A stretch of DNA of 64,000 nt, taken from contig JAUYMS010000003.1 in assembly GCA_030698625.1 (NCBI GenBank), positions 83,471-147,470 on the forward strand. The letters run 5' to 3'. The notes under the pieces are model-generated. The model did not search any database and was not told the DNA's origin. It saw nothing but the letters and a program-made list of their open reading frames with translations. A program made the position numbers and the translations under genes. Shown here in pieces: positions 46,925-57,228 of this stretch; position 1 is the stretch's first letter; each line of letters starts with the position of its first letter. The DNA comes from Candidatus Omnitrophota bacterium. GTDB taxonomy: Bacteria > Omnitrophota > Omnitrophia > Omnitrophales > Aquincolibacteriaceae.

Positions 46925-48427
46925 TTACTCGAAAGTGGCTTTAAATTTAGTGACCGCGGAGGTTAATTTCTTTTTTAGGTCATCGCTCAAAGCCTTTTTT
47001 TCACGAATCTCATGCAGGATGTCGTGGTACTGTGCGTCGACAAACTCGAGCAGACGCCGCTCAAATTCTGCGCACTTTGCTAAGGCGACATCGTCGAGAT
47101 GGCCTTCGTTACCCGCGAATACGGCAACGACTTGTTTTTCAAATGGGATAGGAACAAGAATGTCCTGTTTGAGGACTTCGACCATGCGCGCACCGCGCGT
47201 CAGCTGATCTTTGGTTGCCTTGTCCAGATCCGTAGAGAGCTGCGCAAAGGCGGCGAGTTCGCGGTACTGCGCAAGGGCTAAACGTAATTGACCGGCCACC
47301 TGTTTCATGGCCTTGGTTTGTGCATTACCACCGACACGAGAAACCGACAAGCCGACGTTAATGGCCGGACGCACGCCGGCATAAAAGAGATCGGTCTCGA
47401 GATAAATTTGCCCGTCGGTAATGGAGATAACGTTGGTCGGCACATACGCCGAGACGTCACCGAGCTGGGTTTCGATAACCGGCAACGCTGTCAGTGAGCC
47501 TGCCCCTAGATCATCGCGAAGTTTTGCGGCGCGCTCCAGCAGGCGGGAGTGAATGTAAAAGACGTCACCCGGATAAGCCTCGCGGCCCGGCGGGCGCTGT
47601 AAAAGAAGCGAGAGTTCGCGGTAGGCAACGGCGTGCTTCGAAAGGTCGTCGTAAACGACCAGCGCATGCTTTCCGGAATGCATAATCTCTTCACCGATCG
47701 CGCAACCGGCATAAGGCGCCAGGTATTGCAGCGGTGCCGGATCTTCCGAAGAGGCGCACACGATCGTGGTGTATTGCATCGCGCCGTGTTTTTCGAGCGT
47801 TTGTGCCAGGGCTACGACACTTGAGAGCTTCTGCCCGATCGCGACATAGATACACTGAACACCACTGTCCTTCTGGTTGATGATGGTGTCGATTAGGATT
47901 GCCGTTTTTCCCGTTTGACGGTCACCGATAACCAGTTCGCGTTGTCCGCGGCCAATCGGAATCATCGCGTCGATGGCCTTGATGCCTGTCTGCAGAGGTT
48001 CCTTCACCGGTTGACGTTCGATCACCGAAGGCGGAACCGTTTCCATGGGACGTTTCTTATCGGCGGCGATGGCACCTTTGCCGTCGAGCGGTTCGCCGAT
48101 CGGGCTGATGACGCGGCCAACGAGGGCTTTGCCGACGGGAACTTCAGCAATGCGGCCTGTGCGCTTGACCTGATGGCCTTCTTTGATACCCGAAACGGGA
48201 CCGAGAACGACGACACCGACATTGTCCGGTTCCAGGTTCAATACGAGGCCGGTGGTTCCGTTGGGAAAGGTGACAAGCTCGCCGGCCATCACCTCATCGA
48301 GACCATAAACGCGGGCAATACCGTCACCCACCTGGAGCACGTAACCGACCGACTCCATCTTCAGCTTGGTTTCGTACTTTTGAATTTCAGTCTGTATTGC
48401 CTGTACGACTTCTTCCGGTTTTAGCAT
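46925..48427 (-). CDS. atpA: F1 ATP synthase alpha subunit.
   Basis: Walker A GDRQTGKT; full-length homology. Confidence 0.95.
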   Translation of the reverse strand: MLKPEEVVQAIQTEIQKYETKLKMESVGYVLQVGDGIARVYGLDEVMAGELVTFPNGTTGLVLNLEPDNVGVVVLGPVSGIKEGHQVKRTGRIAEVPVGKALVGRVISPIGEPLDGKGAIAADKKRPMETVPPSVIERQPVKEPLQTGIKAIDAMIPIGRGQRELVIGDRQTGKTAILIDTIINQKDSGVQCIYVAIGQKLSSVVALAQTLEKHGAMQYTTIVCASSEDPAPLQYLAPYAGCAIGEEIMHSGKHALVVYDDLSKHAVAYRELSLLLQRPPGREAYPGDVFYIHSRLLERAAKLRDDLGAGSLTALPVIETQLGDVSAYVPTNVISITDGQIYLETDLFYAGVRPAINVGLSVSRVGGNAQTKAMKQVAGQLRLALAQYRELAAFAQLSTDLDKATKDQLTRGARMVEVLKQDILVPIPFEKQVVAVFAGNEGHLDDVALAKCAEFERRLLEFVDAQYHDILHEIREKKALSDDLKKKLTSAVTKFKATFE

Positions 48428-48442
48428 GATTACAACCTCTTC

Positions 48443-48991
48443 CTAACGTGGAATGGACGCCTTGAGTTTCTGTTTCACTTCCGCAAGACGGCTCTGATAG
48501 CTAGCATCGATTTCAGTACCATTAAAGCGAACAATAAGGCCCCCGATGATCCGGGGGTCCACTTCTTTAACCAGACGAATCTCGGCTTTAAGCTTCTTTG
48601 CGAGCATCTCGACCAATCTCTTTTCATTGGCGTCGCTCATGGTTTCGACAGTCACGGCGACGACTTCCTGCAAGCCCTGCTGTTTTTCATAGAGCTTGCG
48701 GAAATGCCGTTGAATCGCCACCAGTTCTCGAAAGCGCTTCTTCTTGATCAGGATCTTGATGAAGTGAAGGACGAGCGATGATGTCTTCGGAGGAAGGATC
48801 TTGCTGATAAAGTCTTCCTTTTCCGGCCGCGAGATGGTTGAGTTCGCAACCAAATTGGTGATTTCAGCATGTTTTTCAACCAGCAGGCACACGGCTTCGA
48901 GATCCGCATCCGTCTGCTTTAAGGCAGCAGCCTTTTCGGCCAACCCGAAGAGGGCGCGCGAATAACGGCCTGTGGCGCGGTGGTCGATCAT
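48443..48991 (-). CDS. atpH: ATP synthase delta (OSCP) subunit.
   Basis: 182-aa helical protein in the canonical position; OSCP-like sequence. Confidence 0.8.
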   Translation of the reverse strand: MIDHRATGRYSRALFGLAEKAAALKQTDADLEAVCLLVEKHAEITNLVANSTISRPEKEDFISKILPPKTSSLVLHFIKILIKKKRFRELVAIQRHFRKLYEKQQGLQEVVAVTVETMSDANEKRLVEMLAKKLKAEIRLVKEVDPRIIGGLIVRFNGTEIDASYQSRLAEVKQKLKASIPR

Positions 48992-49491
48992 CGGGCCTTC
49001 TCAAGCTCCTCTATAATTCCGAGCACCTTGGCTTCCTGCTTTTTGGTGTCGGACATTTCTTCTTTGAGAATCCGCGCGGACACGTTGATGGCGAGATCCG
49101 CGATCTCACGCCTCAGCTCCAGACGGGCCTTGGCAAATTCAACTTCCAGATTCTCTTTTGCTTTTTGAAAGGTCTGTTCCGACTCTTTGCGGGCACCGTC
49201 CTGAATTTCGCGGGCGATGCGCCGTCCTTCATCGACGGCCTCCTGCAATTTGGAGCGGGCCTCGTCATCGATTTTCTGAAGATGAACCGCATATTCCGCC
49301 TTTAGAGTCTCGATCTCTTTCTTCGCGGTTTCAATCCGGTCGAATTCTTTCTTGATTTGGTCTCGGCGCTCCTGGAGCGCCGAGAGGATCGGTCCCCAGG
49401 CCATTTTGCGCAAGGCCCAGAAGACGATCAAAAAAGCCAAGAGTTGAACAATGACCTCTCCCGGAATAATGTTTTGCTTAAAAAAATCCAT
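48988..49491 (-). CDS. atpF: ATP synthase Fo subunit b.
   Basis: N-terminal TM helix plus a long charged coiled coil. Confidence 0.8.
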   Translation of the reverse strand: MDFFKQNIIPGEVIVQLLAFLIVFWALRKMAWGPILSALQERRDQIKKEFDRIETAKKEIETLKAEYAVHLQKIDDEARSKLQEAVDEGRRIAREIQDGARKESEQTFQKAKENLEVEFAKARLELRREIADLAINVSARILKEEMSDTKKQEAKVLGIIEELEKAR

Positions 49492-49509
49492 CGGGATCCT
49501 TTCGCAAAA

Positions 49510-49740
49510 TTAGAGTTTGCCTAAAAGGGAAAACCCGAAGACAAGCGCGTACAGAGTAAGCGCTTCGATTAGGGCGCAACCGGCCATCATATTGACAAGA
49601 ATCTTCGTTGCGGCTTCCGGTTGACGCGCCGTGGCATCCATCGCCGCGGCGACGGCTTTGCCCAAAGCAAGGGCCGAAGCGAAGGCCGTCAAAGCTAATC
49701 CTAAAGGTGCTCCCAATGCAATTGCGGTTTGTACATCCAT
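49510..49740 (-). CDS. atpE: ATP synthase Fo subunit c.
   Basis: 76-aa hairpin proteolipid with the conserved carboxylate helix (…MAGCALIEALTLYALV…). Confidence 0.9.
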   Translation of the reverse strand: MDVQTAIALGAPLGLALTAFASALALGKAVAAAMDATARQPEAATKILVNMMAGCALIEALTLYALVFGFSLLGKL

Positions 49741-49761
49741 CCTGAAACTCCTTCCTTGGTG

Positions 49762-50625
49762 TTAATGAGCCGGAGCAGTTTCTGCTTCGTGCTCGTGGTC
49801 TTCGTGAGGTAATACCAGTGAAATGTAAACAGTCGACAGCAGCATGAAGACGAAGGCCTGAACCAGGCTAAAGATGATCGCCAGCATGTTGCCAAACAAC
49901 TGGAAAAAGAATCCGATATAAAAAGGTGAACCGAGCGTGAGTTGAGCAAAATTTAAGAGCAGTCGGTCTTCACTTGAGATATTGGCAAAAAGACGTAATG
50001 ACAGACTGAACGGCACGGCGCCGAGCTCGAGAATGAGATTGATTACGAGCATGAGCGGGATCAAAATAATACCGAATATGTTCTGCGGATTTCCGGCCAG
50101 GTGCTTGAGGTAATGCCAGACACCCTGTTCGCGTATGCCGGTAATCTGGACATAGACCATGGTGACAAGGGCAATGGCCACGGTTGTCGACCAGGCTGAA
50201 GTGGGCGACTTCATGAAAGGGACGAGGCCTAACCAATTCTGCAAAAGGACATAGAAAAAAAGCGTTCCCAAAAAAGGAGCATGTTTTGTGCCGTGGGGGC
50301 CGAGGATGCCGGTGACAAAGGCCTCGATCGCTTCAAAGAGCACTTCCACGAAATTCCGAATACCCATGGGAATAAGCGTGTCTTTCTTCGCGGCGCGAAT
50401 CGCGACAAGACTAATCAGGCAGGCGATGGCTCCCGAGAAGATGACGTTCTCCCACTGGTGCAGAAAATGGGTCCAGCCCGTGTCGAAGTGGTCGTTTAGG
50501 AGCGTGATCCAGTTGGGGAGCTCATGCGCCTCATGATGCTCCGCCGCATGTTGCACAACTTCATGCACGGCCTCGTGAATGGCCCCGGTAGCGTGGGTTG
50601 TCTCGTGATGAATGGGATCTGCCAT
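49762..50625 (-). CDS. atpB: ATP synthase Fo subunit a, with a His-rich N-terminal extension of about 40 aa.
   Basis: Conserved C-terminal helices including the essential Arg region (…LSLRLFANISSE…). The N-terminus is MADPIHHETTHATGAIHEAVHEVVQHAAEHHEAHE. Confidence 0.85.
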   Translation of the reverse strand: MADPIHHETTHATGAIHEAVHEVVQHAAEHHEAHELPNWITLLNDHFDTGWTHFLHQWENVIFSGAIACLISLVAIRAAKKDTLIPMGIRNFVEVLFEAIEAFVTGILGPHGTKHAPFLGTLFFYVLLQNWLGLVPFMKSPTSAWSTTVAIALVTMVYVQITGIREQGVWHYLKHLAGNPQNIFGIILIPLMLVINLILELGAVPFSLSLRLFANISSEDRLLLNFAQLTLGSPFYIGFFFQLFGNMLAIIFSLVQAFVFMLLSTVYISLVLPHEDHEHEAETAPAH

Positions 50626-50634
50626 GAAAGTCGT

Positions 50635-50883
50635 TTATGGTTTGTTGTGGGATTCGTAATTCCGGATTCTCTGAATCAGTTTAACGGTTTGCATCCCGGC
50701 GGCAACAAAGCCCAGCCCAACCGAAACCGGAAGACAAAACTCACCCCAGCCGAACTTGTCGACAAGAACGTACTGGCCGATCAGATACCCAACGACGGGC
50801 CCGCCAAAGAGAATAAGCGGAAGCATCATGACTGCTCCCAGCATCCATAGCTGATGATTGGAATTTCTCTTTGGGTCGGCCAC
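50635..50883 (-). CDS. Small 2-TM membrane protein upstream of atpB (AtpI/AtpZ-like ATP synthase accessory protein).
   Basis: 82 aa with two hydrophobic helices, located immediately 5' of atpB as in many atp operons. Confidence 0.4.
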   Translation of the reverse strand: MADPKRNSNHQLWMLGAVMMLPLILFGGPVVGYLIGQYVLVDKFGWGEFCLPVSVGLGFVAAGMQTVKLIQRIRNYESHNKP

Positions 50884-50953
50884 AAATCCAAATATGACAA
50901 ATAGTTACAGCGATTTTTGTAAGTCCTTATTATCCAAAAACATGCAAGAGATG

Positions 50954-51880
50954 TCAAGCAGATAAGGAAAGGACTGTACGGACGACACCTTCGGTGACCC
51001 GGGTGAGAAAATCGAGGTCGAGGGTATCAATTCGGTCTCCAGGGCCGTGATAATGCGGGTTGCGAAAAAAAGAGGTGTCGGTGACCAAAAGTGCCGGATA
51101 ACCGGCATCCCAAAAGGGAGAATGATCGCTTAAGCGGCATTCGGGGATCAACCGGCCTTTGGCGGGCACCTTCAGGGCCTCGACATGCAGTCCTTCAACC
51201 GTTTTAAATGCGGCCTTGGTCTGTTTTAAGAGCGCAGAAGCACGGTTGTCGCCGACCAGGGCAATAAAGGTCCCCGTGCTGGGGTAGAAGGGTTTTAAGA
51301 AGATCGGCAGTTTCTGACTATTGGGTTCGCGGCTTGTGTATCCGATCATTTCCAGCGATAGCATGCCGCGCAAGCTGGTTTTATTTTCCTGCAATTGACG
51401 GACATAGTGAGAACTTCCGACCATCCCGTACTCTTCAGCATTAAAGGCGATAAAATCGATGCCGGCAACCTCGTCGAATGTCGCAAGGAGTCGAGCGGCT
51501 TCTAACAAACCTGCGACACCGCTGGCATTGTCGTCCGCGCCGGGGGTTGAGGGAACGGCATCGAAATGCGCGCCGATGATAAAACGCGCCGATTTGGGAT
51601 CGGCAGTACGGGTCCGGGCTAGAAGGTTGTGAAACGTTCGGCCTTGAAACTCGAAAGGGATCGGCCGCGTGTCGTACCCACAAGAAATTAACTCTTCGCG
51701 AATGTAGGTTTCGATTGCCGCTAGACCTTCAGGGTTTTCAAACAGATCGCGCGGTTGCGAAATATTTTCCAGGTGTTTCTTCAGAAGGGAGGTATCCGCT
51801 TCAACGATTGGCATGTTGGACATGAGTCCATCATAGAAGGTATACGTGGATTTTTCCAGAAAATTGGGATAGATTAACAT
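50954..51880 (-). CDS. M28-family zinc aminopeptidase.
   Basis: Metal-ligand motifs (…IIGAHFDAV…DDNASGVAGLLEAARL…EE…) typical of peptidase M28. Confidence 0.75.
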   Translation of the reverse strand: MLIYPNFLEKSTYTFYDGLMSNMPIVEADTSLLKKHLENISQPRDLFENPEGLAAIETYIREELISCGYDTRPIPFEFQGRTFHNLLARTRTADPKSARFIIGAHFDAVPSTPGADDNASGVAGLLEAARLLATFDEVAGIDFIAFNAEEYGMVGSSHYVRQLQENKTSLRGMLSLEMIGYTSREPNSQKLPIFLKPFYPSTGTFIALVGDNRASALLKQTKAAFKTVEGLHVEALKVPAKGRLIPECRLSDHSPFWDAGYPALLVTDTSFFRNPHYHGPGDRIDTLDLDFLTRVTEGVVRTVLSLSA

Positions 51881-51882
51881 CC

Positions 51883-52701
51883 ATGAAGTCCCTCCTCCGC
51901 ATCTCCCTGATTTTTGTTCTGGGCGTCGTTATTCTTCTTGGGGGTCTGTATTACTGGCGCAACCAGCTGATCGAAAAGCTGTTCGTAAAATTTGTTGCCG
52001 GCAAGCTTCAATGCGAAGTGACGCTAACCGAAGCGCAACTCGACCTCTTCGCGGCCAAGGCCACTTTTAAGAACATTAAAATTTCCAACCCCGAAATCTT
52101 CAGCCGCGGCACACTGACTGCCATTCGTGAGCTTTACCTGGATTGGGATTTTCCGGCCTTGTTGGAAGGAAGACTGCATTTCTTCGCGGTAAAACTGGAA
52201 GTCGGGACCCTGCGCATTTTGCGCAACAAGCAGGCGCTGATTAATATATTGGAACTGAACGTTTTTAAGGAAGCGGACGGGGCAGAAGGCGAAGAAGCGC
52301 AGCCGAAACGCGATATCAACCTGCAGGTGGACGAGTTTATCCTTATTCTAAATCACGCGACTTATACCGATTTGTCGGGCATCGTACCGCTGCAGAGAAG
52401 CTTCAATTTACACATGAAGGAAATCGCATTTAGTAACCTGACAGACCTCAAGATTCTTGTGAAGATTGTCGGTTGGGAGACGCTCAAGGCAATGGGTATT
52501 GAGGACATGACCAACCTCAACCCCAACCTCCGGGCGCAGCTTGAAAAGATTCGTCCAAGCGCGTCGGAAGGCTTCGTGACTAAGTTTGTGGAGAAGGTGA
52601 AACAGATTGGTGAACCGGGAGCCGTTATCACTGACGAAGCGACTGCTGTTCAAGAGGTGTTGGAGAAGAGTAAGCGGGCAGAGGGAATCGAACCCTCATA
52701 A
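51883..52701 (+). CDS. Hypothetical protein with an N-terminal transmembrane anchor (possibly AsmA-like).
   Basis: MKSLLRISLIFVLGVVILLGGLYYW signal anchor. No catalytic motif recognised. The 3' end overlaps the tRNA-Gly on the opposite strand. Confidence 0.45.
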   Translation: MKSLLRISLIFVLGVVILLGGLYYWRNQLIEKLFVKFVAGKLQCEVTLTEAQLDLFAAKATFKNIKISNPEIFSRGTLTAIRELYLDWDFPALLEGRLHFFAVKLEVGTLRILRNKQALINILELNVFKEADGAEGEEAQPKRDINLQVDEFILILNHATYTDLSGIVPLQRSFNLHMKEIAFSNLTDLKILVKIVGWETLKAMGIEDMTNLNPNLRAQLEKIRPSASEGFVTKFVEKVKQIGEPGAVITDEATAVQEVLEKSKRAEGIEPS

Positions 52702-52743
52702 CGAGCTTGGAAGGCTCGGACTTTACCATTAAGCTATGCCCGC
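52673..52743 (-). tRNA. tRNA-Gly, anticodon UCC.
   Basis: The reverse complement folds as a cloverleaf: acceptor GCGGGCA/TGCCCGC, D-arm GCTT-AATGGTA-AAGT, anticodon arm CGAGC-CTTCCAA-GCTCG (anticodon TCC), T-arm GAGGG-TTCGATT-CCCTC. No encoded CCA. Confidence 0.85.
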
Positions 52744-52758
52744 ATGGCGGTCCGTGTT

Positions 52759-53604
52759 TTACGAGTACGTGTTCGCTATAGCGCGTTCAGTCGGGACTTT
52801 GACAGCTTTCGCTAAGCGAAAAAATTCTAACACCTTGATCATCCAATAAGTCGTATCAATTTCCCACCACTTCAACCCGTGCCGCGCCGAAGTCTGGAAA
52901 GCATGATGATTATTATGCCAGCCTTCCCCGTAGGTCATTAACGCAACCCACCAGAGATTTTTCGACCGCTCTCCGGTCTTGAAGGTTTGATATCCCCAGA
53001 CGTGAGCGGCGGAATTTACAAACCATGTGGAATGGTAAACGAACACCGTTCGCGCAAATATTCCCCATGTCAGAAACGGCAACCCCCCCCACGCGTAGAG
53101 CGCAATAGCTAGCAGAAGGGTGCTCAGCATGTGATAACTGTTGAGGAAACGATGAACCGGATCCTTGGCTAAATCCGGGGCGTATTGCTTGTATTCATTG
53201 TAATCATCAATCGTCTTATTCCGGCTCATGCACCAACCCATGTGGGCCCAGAAGAAGCCGTGAACCGGGCTATGCGGATCGAGCTCTTCGTCGGAGTTCG
53301 CATGGTGTAAGCGGTGGGCTGCAACCCAAGATATAGGCCCGCCCTGGCAAGCTAGAGTTGCAAAAAAGGTAAGGATGTATTCCACGAATTTAGAGGCCTG
53401 AAAACTGCGATGCGTTAGGAGGCGGTGATAGCAGAGGGTAATTCCCAATCCGCCGGTCACCCAGTGAAGTGCGACGCACAGAAACAGTGCTGACCAGGTA
53501 AAGTTAAAGATTGCCCCGATTGCCAGAATGTGGATGGCTGCAATAAAGCAGAGGGGAACCCAATGCGGTTTGGCGGATTTTTTTACCAGAGCCTGCCCTG
53601 ACAT
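52759..53604 (-). CDS. Membrane fatty-acid desaturase (acyl-CoA/acyl-lipid delta-9 type).
   Basis: Three histidine boxes (HRLLTHRS, HRLHHANSD, HNNHHAF) with characteristic spacing, plus TM helices. Confidence 0.85.
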   Translation of the reverse strand: MSGQALVKKSAKPHWVPLCFIAAIHILAIGAIFNFTWSALFLCVALHWVTGGLGITLCYHRLLTHRSFQASKFVEYILTFFATLACQGGPISWVAAHRLHHANSDEELDPHSPVHGFFWAHMGWCMSRNKTIDDYNEYKQYAPDLAKDPVHRFLNSYHMLSTLLLAIALYAWGGLPFLTWGIFARTVFVYHSTWFVNSAAHVWGYQTFKTGERSKNLWWVALMTYGEGWHNNHHAFQTSARHGLKWWEIDTTYWMIKVLEFFRLAKAVKVPTERAIANTYS

Positions 53605-53824
53605 TTCCGTAACTTATTCTCCCATATAGACTTAAGTGTAATCGGCTAGTCTTTAATCCTTACATAATAGAGGATTCTGGCTTCCGTGGCCAGCTATTTT
53701 TAGCCGGTTGTCCACATGGATTAGCATCTTTGCGACTATTTATGATCAATAGGGTAATGCGAGTTAACAATTTCTATCAGCCAGAGGAGCCCCCCCATCG
53801 GCAAATAGGTCAAGGGGGCCTCAA

Positions 53825-53853
53825 TTGACATACGACCTATTCTGCCCTATAAT
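53825..53853 (+). promoter_or_regulatory. Consensus sigma-70 promoter TTGACA (53825-53830), 17 nt spacer, TATAAT (53848-53853), upstream of nusA.
   Basis: Read directly: both hexamers are perfect consensus with optimal spacing, about 95 bp upstream of the nusA start. Confidence 0.6.
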
Positions 53854-53890
53854 GCTGACACTTTTTTACGACGGGTGTGCGCGATGATGA

Positions 53891-53923
53891 AGTGGGCCTA
53901 TTTGTAGCCCACTTTTTTGTTTC
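53891..53923 (+). terminator. Leader hairpin (AGTGGGC-ctatttgta-GCCCACT) followed by a TTTTTTGTTT run. Candidate transcription attenuator in the nusA leader.
   Basis: Read directly: 7-bp GC-rich stem, 9-nt loop, T-run. Lies between the consensus promoter and the nusA start codon (53949). Confidence 0.45.
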
Positions 53924-53948
53924 TTAAGAAGGCTATGCGAAAAATACT

Positions 53949-55073
53949 ATGAACGAAGAACTCCTATCATCACTCGAATATATTGAGAAGGAAAAGGGAA
54001 TCGGGAAGGCTGTTCTCATCGATGCCCTTCGCCAGGCGCTTCAGTCTGCCTGCCGTAAGACCTTTCCTCAGCGCGCGGAGATCGACGTTCGTATCGATCC
54101 CGATACCTGCAGCATTCATCTCTTTGATGGTGAAGAAGAGCTTCACGACGCCGATTTTGGCCGCATTGCGGCGCAAACAGCCAAGCAGGTCATTATTCAG
54201 AAGATCCGCGAGGCAGAACGCGAACATATTTTCGACGATTACGCTAAGAAAATTGGCGACATCGTATCGGGGACAGTTCATCGCGTCGAGCGAAAAGCGC
54301 TGATCGTTGATTTCGGCAAGACGGAAGGTATATTGCCGGCCCGCGAACAGTCTCCGCAGGATTTCTTTCGTCAGGGCGATCTCATCCGATCCTATGTCCT
54401 GGAAGTCAAAAAGACATCAAAGGGCCCCGAGATTATTCTTTCGCGTGCGCATGCCGGTTTGGTGAAGCGACTCTTCGAGCTTGAGGTTCCCGAGATTCAC
54501 GACGGTATCGTTCAGATCAAAGGATCAGCGCGAGAAGCGGGTTCGCGCACCAAGATCGCTGTTATTTCGTCCGATGATAAAATCGATTGCGTCGGGTCTT
54601 GCGTTGGCGTGCGCGGTCAGAGGGTAAAAAATATTGTACGGGAACTGGGCGGTGAGAAGATCGATATTATACGGTACAGCTCGGATCTTGAGACGTACAT
54701 GAAAAATTCCCTGGCCCCGGCCCAGATCGCCGAGATCAAGATGGACGAGAAAACCAGGTCCGCCCAGGTTCTGGTAGAGGATGACCAACTGTCGCTGGCC
54801 ATTGGTAAGAAGGGGCAGAACGTGCGCCTGGCATCCAAGCTCCTTGGCTGGAGGCTTGACGTGCGCAGTGTTCACAAAAAGATTCAGTTGGCAGATCTTG
54901 ATGGTATTGGTGAGAAGACCGAAGCTATCCTGAAAGAGGCCGGCATTAAGACGCTCAAAGACATCATCAAGACGACGGCCGAGGAGTTGAAAAAGATTCC
55001 CGGCATCGGAGATAAAACTGCCGAGAAAATTATTATCTCAGCCCATAAAGCCATATTGGAGAAGTCGGACTAA
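53949..55073 (+). CDS. nusA: Transcription termination/antitermination factor NusA.
   Basis: NTD, S1, KH1 and KH2 homology; C-terminal HhH. Canonical position before infB. Confidence 0.9.
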   Translation: MNEELLSSLEYIEKEKGIGKAVLIDALRQALQSACRKTFPQRAEIDVRIDPDTCSIHLFDGEEELHDADFGRIAAQTAKQVIIQKIREAEREHIFDDYAKKIGDIVSGTVHRVERKALIVDFGKTEGILPAREQSPQDFFRQGDLIRSYVLEVKKTSKGPEIILSRAHAGLVKRLFELEVPEIHDGIVQIKGSAREAGSRTKIAVISSDDKIDCVGSCVGVRGQRVKNIVRELGGEKIDIIRYSSDLETYMKNSLAPAQIAEIKMDEKTRSAQVLVEDDQLSLAIGKKGQNVRLASKLLGWRLDVRSVHKKIQLADLDGIGEKTEAILKEAGIKTLKDIIKTTAEELKKIPGIGDKTAEKIIISAHKAILEKSD

Positions 55074-55078
55074 AGACC

Positions 55079-57124
55079 ATGAGAGTTCACGAATTAGCCA
55101 AGGTGCTGGGAATGACAAGCAAGGATCTGATGGCCCGCATTAAGCAGCTGGGCGGCAGTGTGAAAACGCATATGTCCGTGGTTGACGAGGAACTCTTGAG
55201 CCTGATTCAAGGCAAGATTGAAAGCGGTCAGCAGACAGGCGGGCAGGCCGGAGAGGCTGTAGAGAGTACCGGAGCTAAAGCGGGCGCCGCCGAAGCAGGC
55301 CCGGGCGAAGAGCACAAAAAACAGATTGCGGCCGCAATCAAGGAAGAGGAAGCGACCGTCGAAGGCGGTGCGATCCGGATCAAATTCCCTATCACCGTCG
55401 GGAATTTCAGCAGTGAAATCAAGGTCAGGGTTCCCGAACTGATCAAGGCTTTAATGGGGATAGGTATCTTTGCCAACATCAATCAGCTCTTAAATGAAGC
55501 AATCGGTGCCGCGGTGGCCGAGAAATTAGCCATTAGTATAGAAGGAATTCCGGACGAAGCCGATGCCATCCTCAGCAGAAAAGATAAGGATGAGTTGCAC
55601 GAGAATCTCAAGCCGAGACCGCCGGTCGTGACCATGATGGGTCACGTCGATCATGGTAAGACCTCGCTTCTGGATGCGATTCGCAAGACCAATGTAGCCG
55701 GGGGCGAGAGGGGCGCGATCACGCAGCATATCGGTGCTTATAATGTCGAGATCCCGGGAAAAGGTCAGGTTACGTTTCTTGATACACCGGGCCACGAGGC
55801 CTTTACCGCCATGCGCGCTCGCGGAGCAAATATTACCGACGTTGTGGTTCTTGTGGTGGCCGCCGACGATGGTGTCATGCCTCAAACCATTGAGGCTATC
55901 GATCACGCGCGTGAAGCCCAATGCCCCATCGTTGTTGCCATGAATAAATCCGATCTTCCAACCGCAAATCCGCAAAAGGTGCTTCAGCAATTGCAAAAGC
56001 TAGATTTGGTTGCTGAGGAATGGGGCGGAAAGACTATTATTGTAAAGGTCTCAGCCAAGACGGGCGCAGGCCTGGATAAACTTCTTGATATGTTGCTGCT
56101 CGAAGCCGAAGTTCTGGAACTGAAGGCCAATCCGGACCGGGAGGCCATTGGTACGGTTATCGAAGGGCATCTATCGAAAGGTGCCGGTCCGGTAGCAACC
56201 GTGATTGTGCAGAGGGGAACGCTCAGGCAGGGCGAAATGGTTGTTTGCGGACAGCACATGGGCCGTGTCCGCTACATGAGAAATGACCAGGGGCGAAATC
56301 TAAAAGAGGCCGGGCCGTCCGTTGCCGTCGAGTTGAGCGGTCTTAGCGGAGTTCCGGGCTCGGGCGATATTGTTTACGCCGTTCCGGACGAAAAGACAGC
56401 GCGCAAAATTACTACTAAGAAGGCCCTCGAGATTCGCGAACGTGAGATGAGCGGCGCGGCCAAGCATCTGTCGCTAGCTGAACTCTACGACCGGATCACA
56501 GAAGGTAACTTTAAAGAGTTAAAGCTCGTGATCAAAGCGGATGTGCAAGGGTCGGTAGAGGCCTTGACGCAATCGCTGGAAAAGGTGAGCTCGGAGCGTT
56601 GCCGCGTTCGTGTTATTCACGGCGGCACCGGAGGTATTAATGAATCCGACATTATGTTGGCGGCGGCTTCTGATGCAATCATTATTGGGTTTCATGTAAA
56701 GGCCGATTCGCAGGCCGAGCGCCTCGGCCAAAACGAGGGCGTCGACATTCACTATTATCACATTATCTATGAAGCCGTTGAAAACGTTCGCTTGGCTATG
56801 GAAGGGCTTTTAGACCCGACCCTGAGCGAGGTGACCGAAGGCCGGATTGAAATCCGTCGTATTTTCACATCCTCCAAAGTGGGCACGATTGGTGGCGGCA
56901 TCGTTATTAAAGGAAAGGTGACGCGCACCCATCCCGTACGTGTCCTCCGCGACAATGTGGTTGTGCATGAAGGAAGACTGGGAGCCCTTCGCCGGTTTAA
57001 GGACGATGTGCGCGAAGTTGCCGAAGGTTATGAGTGCGGTGTGTCTTTTCCGAAGTTCGACGATCTCAAAGAAGGTGATGTCGTTGAATCCTATCGAATA
57101 GAAAAAACCGCCACTAAACTTTAA
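55079..57124 (+). CDS. infB: Translation initiation factor IF-2.
   Basis: GTPase motifs [21 protein letters not shown]. Full C-terminal domains. Short N-terminal region. Confidence 0.95.
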   Translation: MRVHELAKVLGMTSKDLMARIKQLGGSVKTHMSVVDEELLSLIQGKIESGQQTGGQAGEAVESTGAKAGAAEAGPGEEHKKQIAAAIKEEEATVEGGAIRIKFPITVGNFSSEIKVRVPELIKALMGIGIFANINQLLNEAIGAAVAEKLAISIEGIPDEADAILSRKDKDELHENLKPRPPVVTMMGHVDHGKTSLLDAIRKTNVAGGERGAITQHIGAYNVEIPGKGQVTFLDTPGHEAFTAMRARGANITDVVVLVVAADDGVMPQTIEAIDHAREAQCPIVVAMNKSDLPTANPQKVLQQLQKLDLVAEEWGGKTIIVKVSAKTGAGLDKLLDMLLLEAEVLELKANPDREAIGTVIEGHLSKGAGPVATVIVQRGTLRQGEMVVCGQHMGRVRYMRNDQGRNLKEAGPSVAVELSGLSGVPGSGDIVYAVPDEKTARKITTKKALEIREREMSGAAKHLSLAELYDRITEGNFKELKLVIKADVQGSVEALTQSLEKVSSERCRVRVIHGGTGGINESDIMLAAASDAIIIGFHVKADSQAERLGQNEGVDIHYYHIIYEAVENVRLAMEGLLDPTLSEVTEGRIEIRRIFTSSKVGTIGGGIVIKGKVTRTHPVRVLRDNVVVHEGRLGALRRFKDDVREVAEGYECGVSFPKFDDLKEGDVVESYRIEKTATKL

Positions 57125-57149
57125 AAAAGGGTGCAAAAGCCTTTTTGAA

Positions 57150-57199
57150 CGAGACACCACAGGGATTCGAATAGTCTTGTCGGGCAGTCTCGTTTTTTT
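57150..57199 (+). terminator. Candidate intrinsic terminator or attenuator between infB and rbfA (CGAGAC…GTCTCG stem followed by T7).
   Basis: Read directly: outer 6-bp stem 57150-57155 / 57187-57192 with imperfect inner pairing, then TTTTTTT 57193-57199. Confidence 0.3.
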
Positions 57200-57228
57200 A
57201 TCTCCGCAGAGGGGACAGAGGTCAGCGG

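Noticed and set aside
53700-53720. GGCCAGCTATTTTTAGCCGG near 53690-53720 as a palindromic site
   Set aside because: The arms are not true reverse complements on inspection (tagctggcc versus tagccgg).
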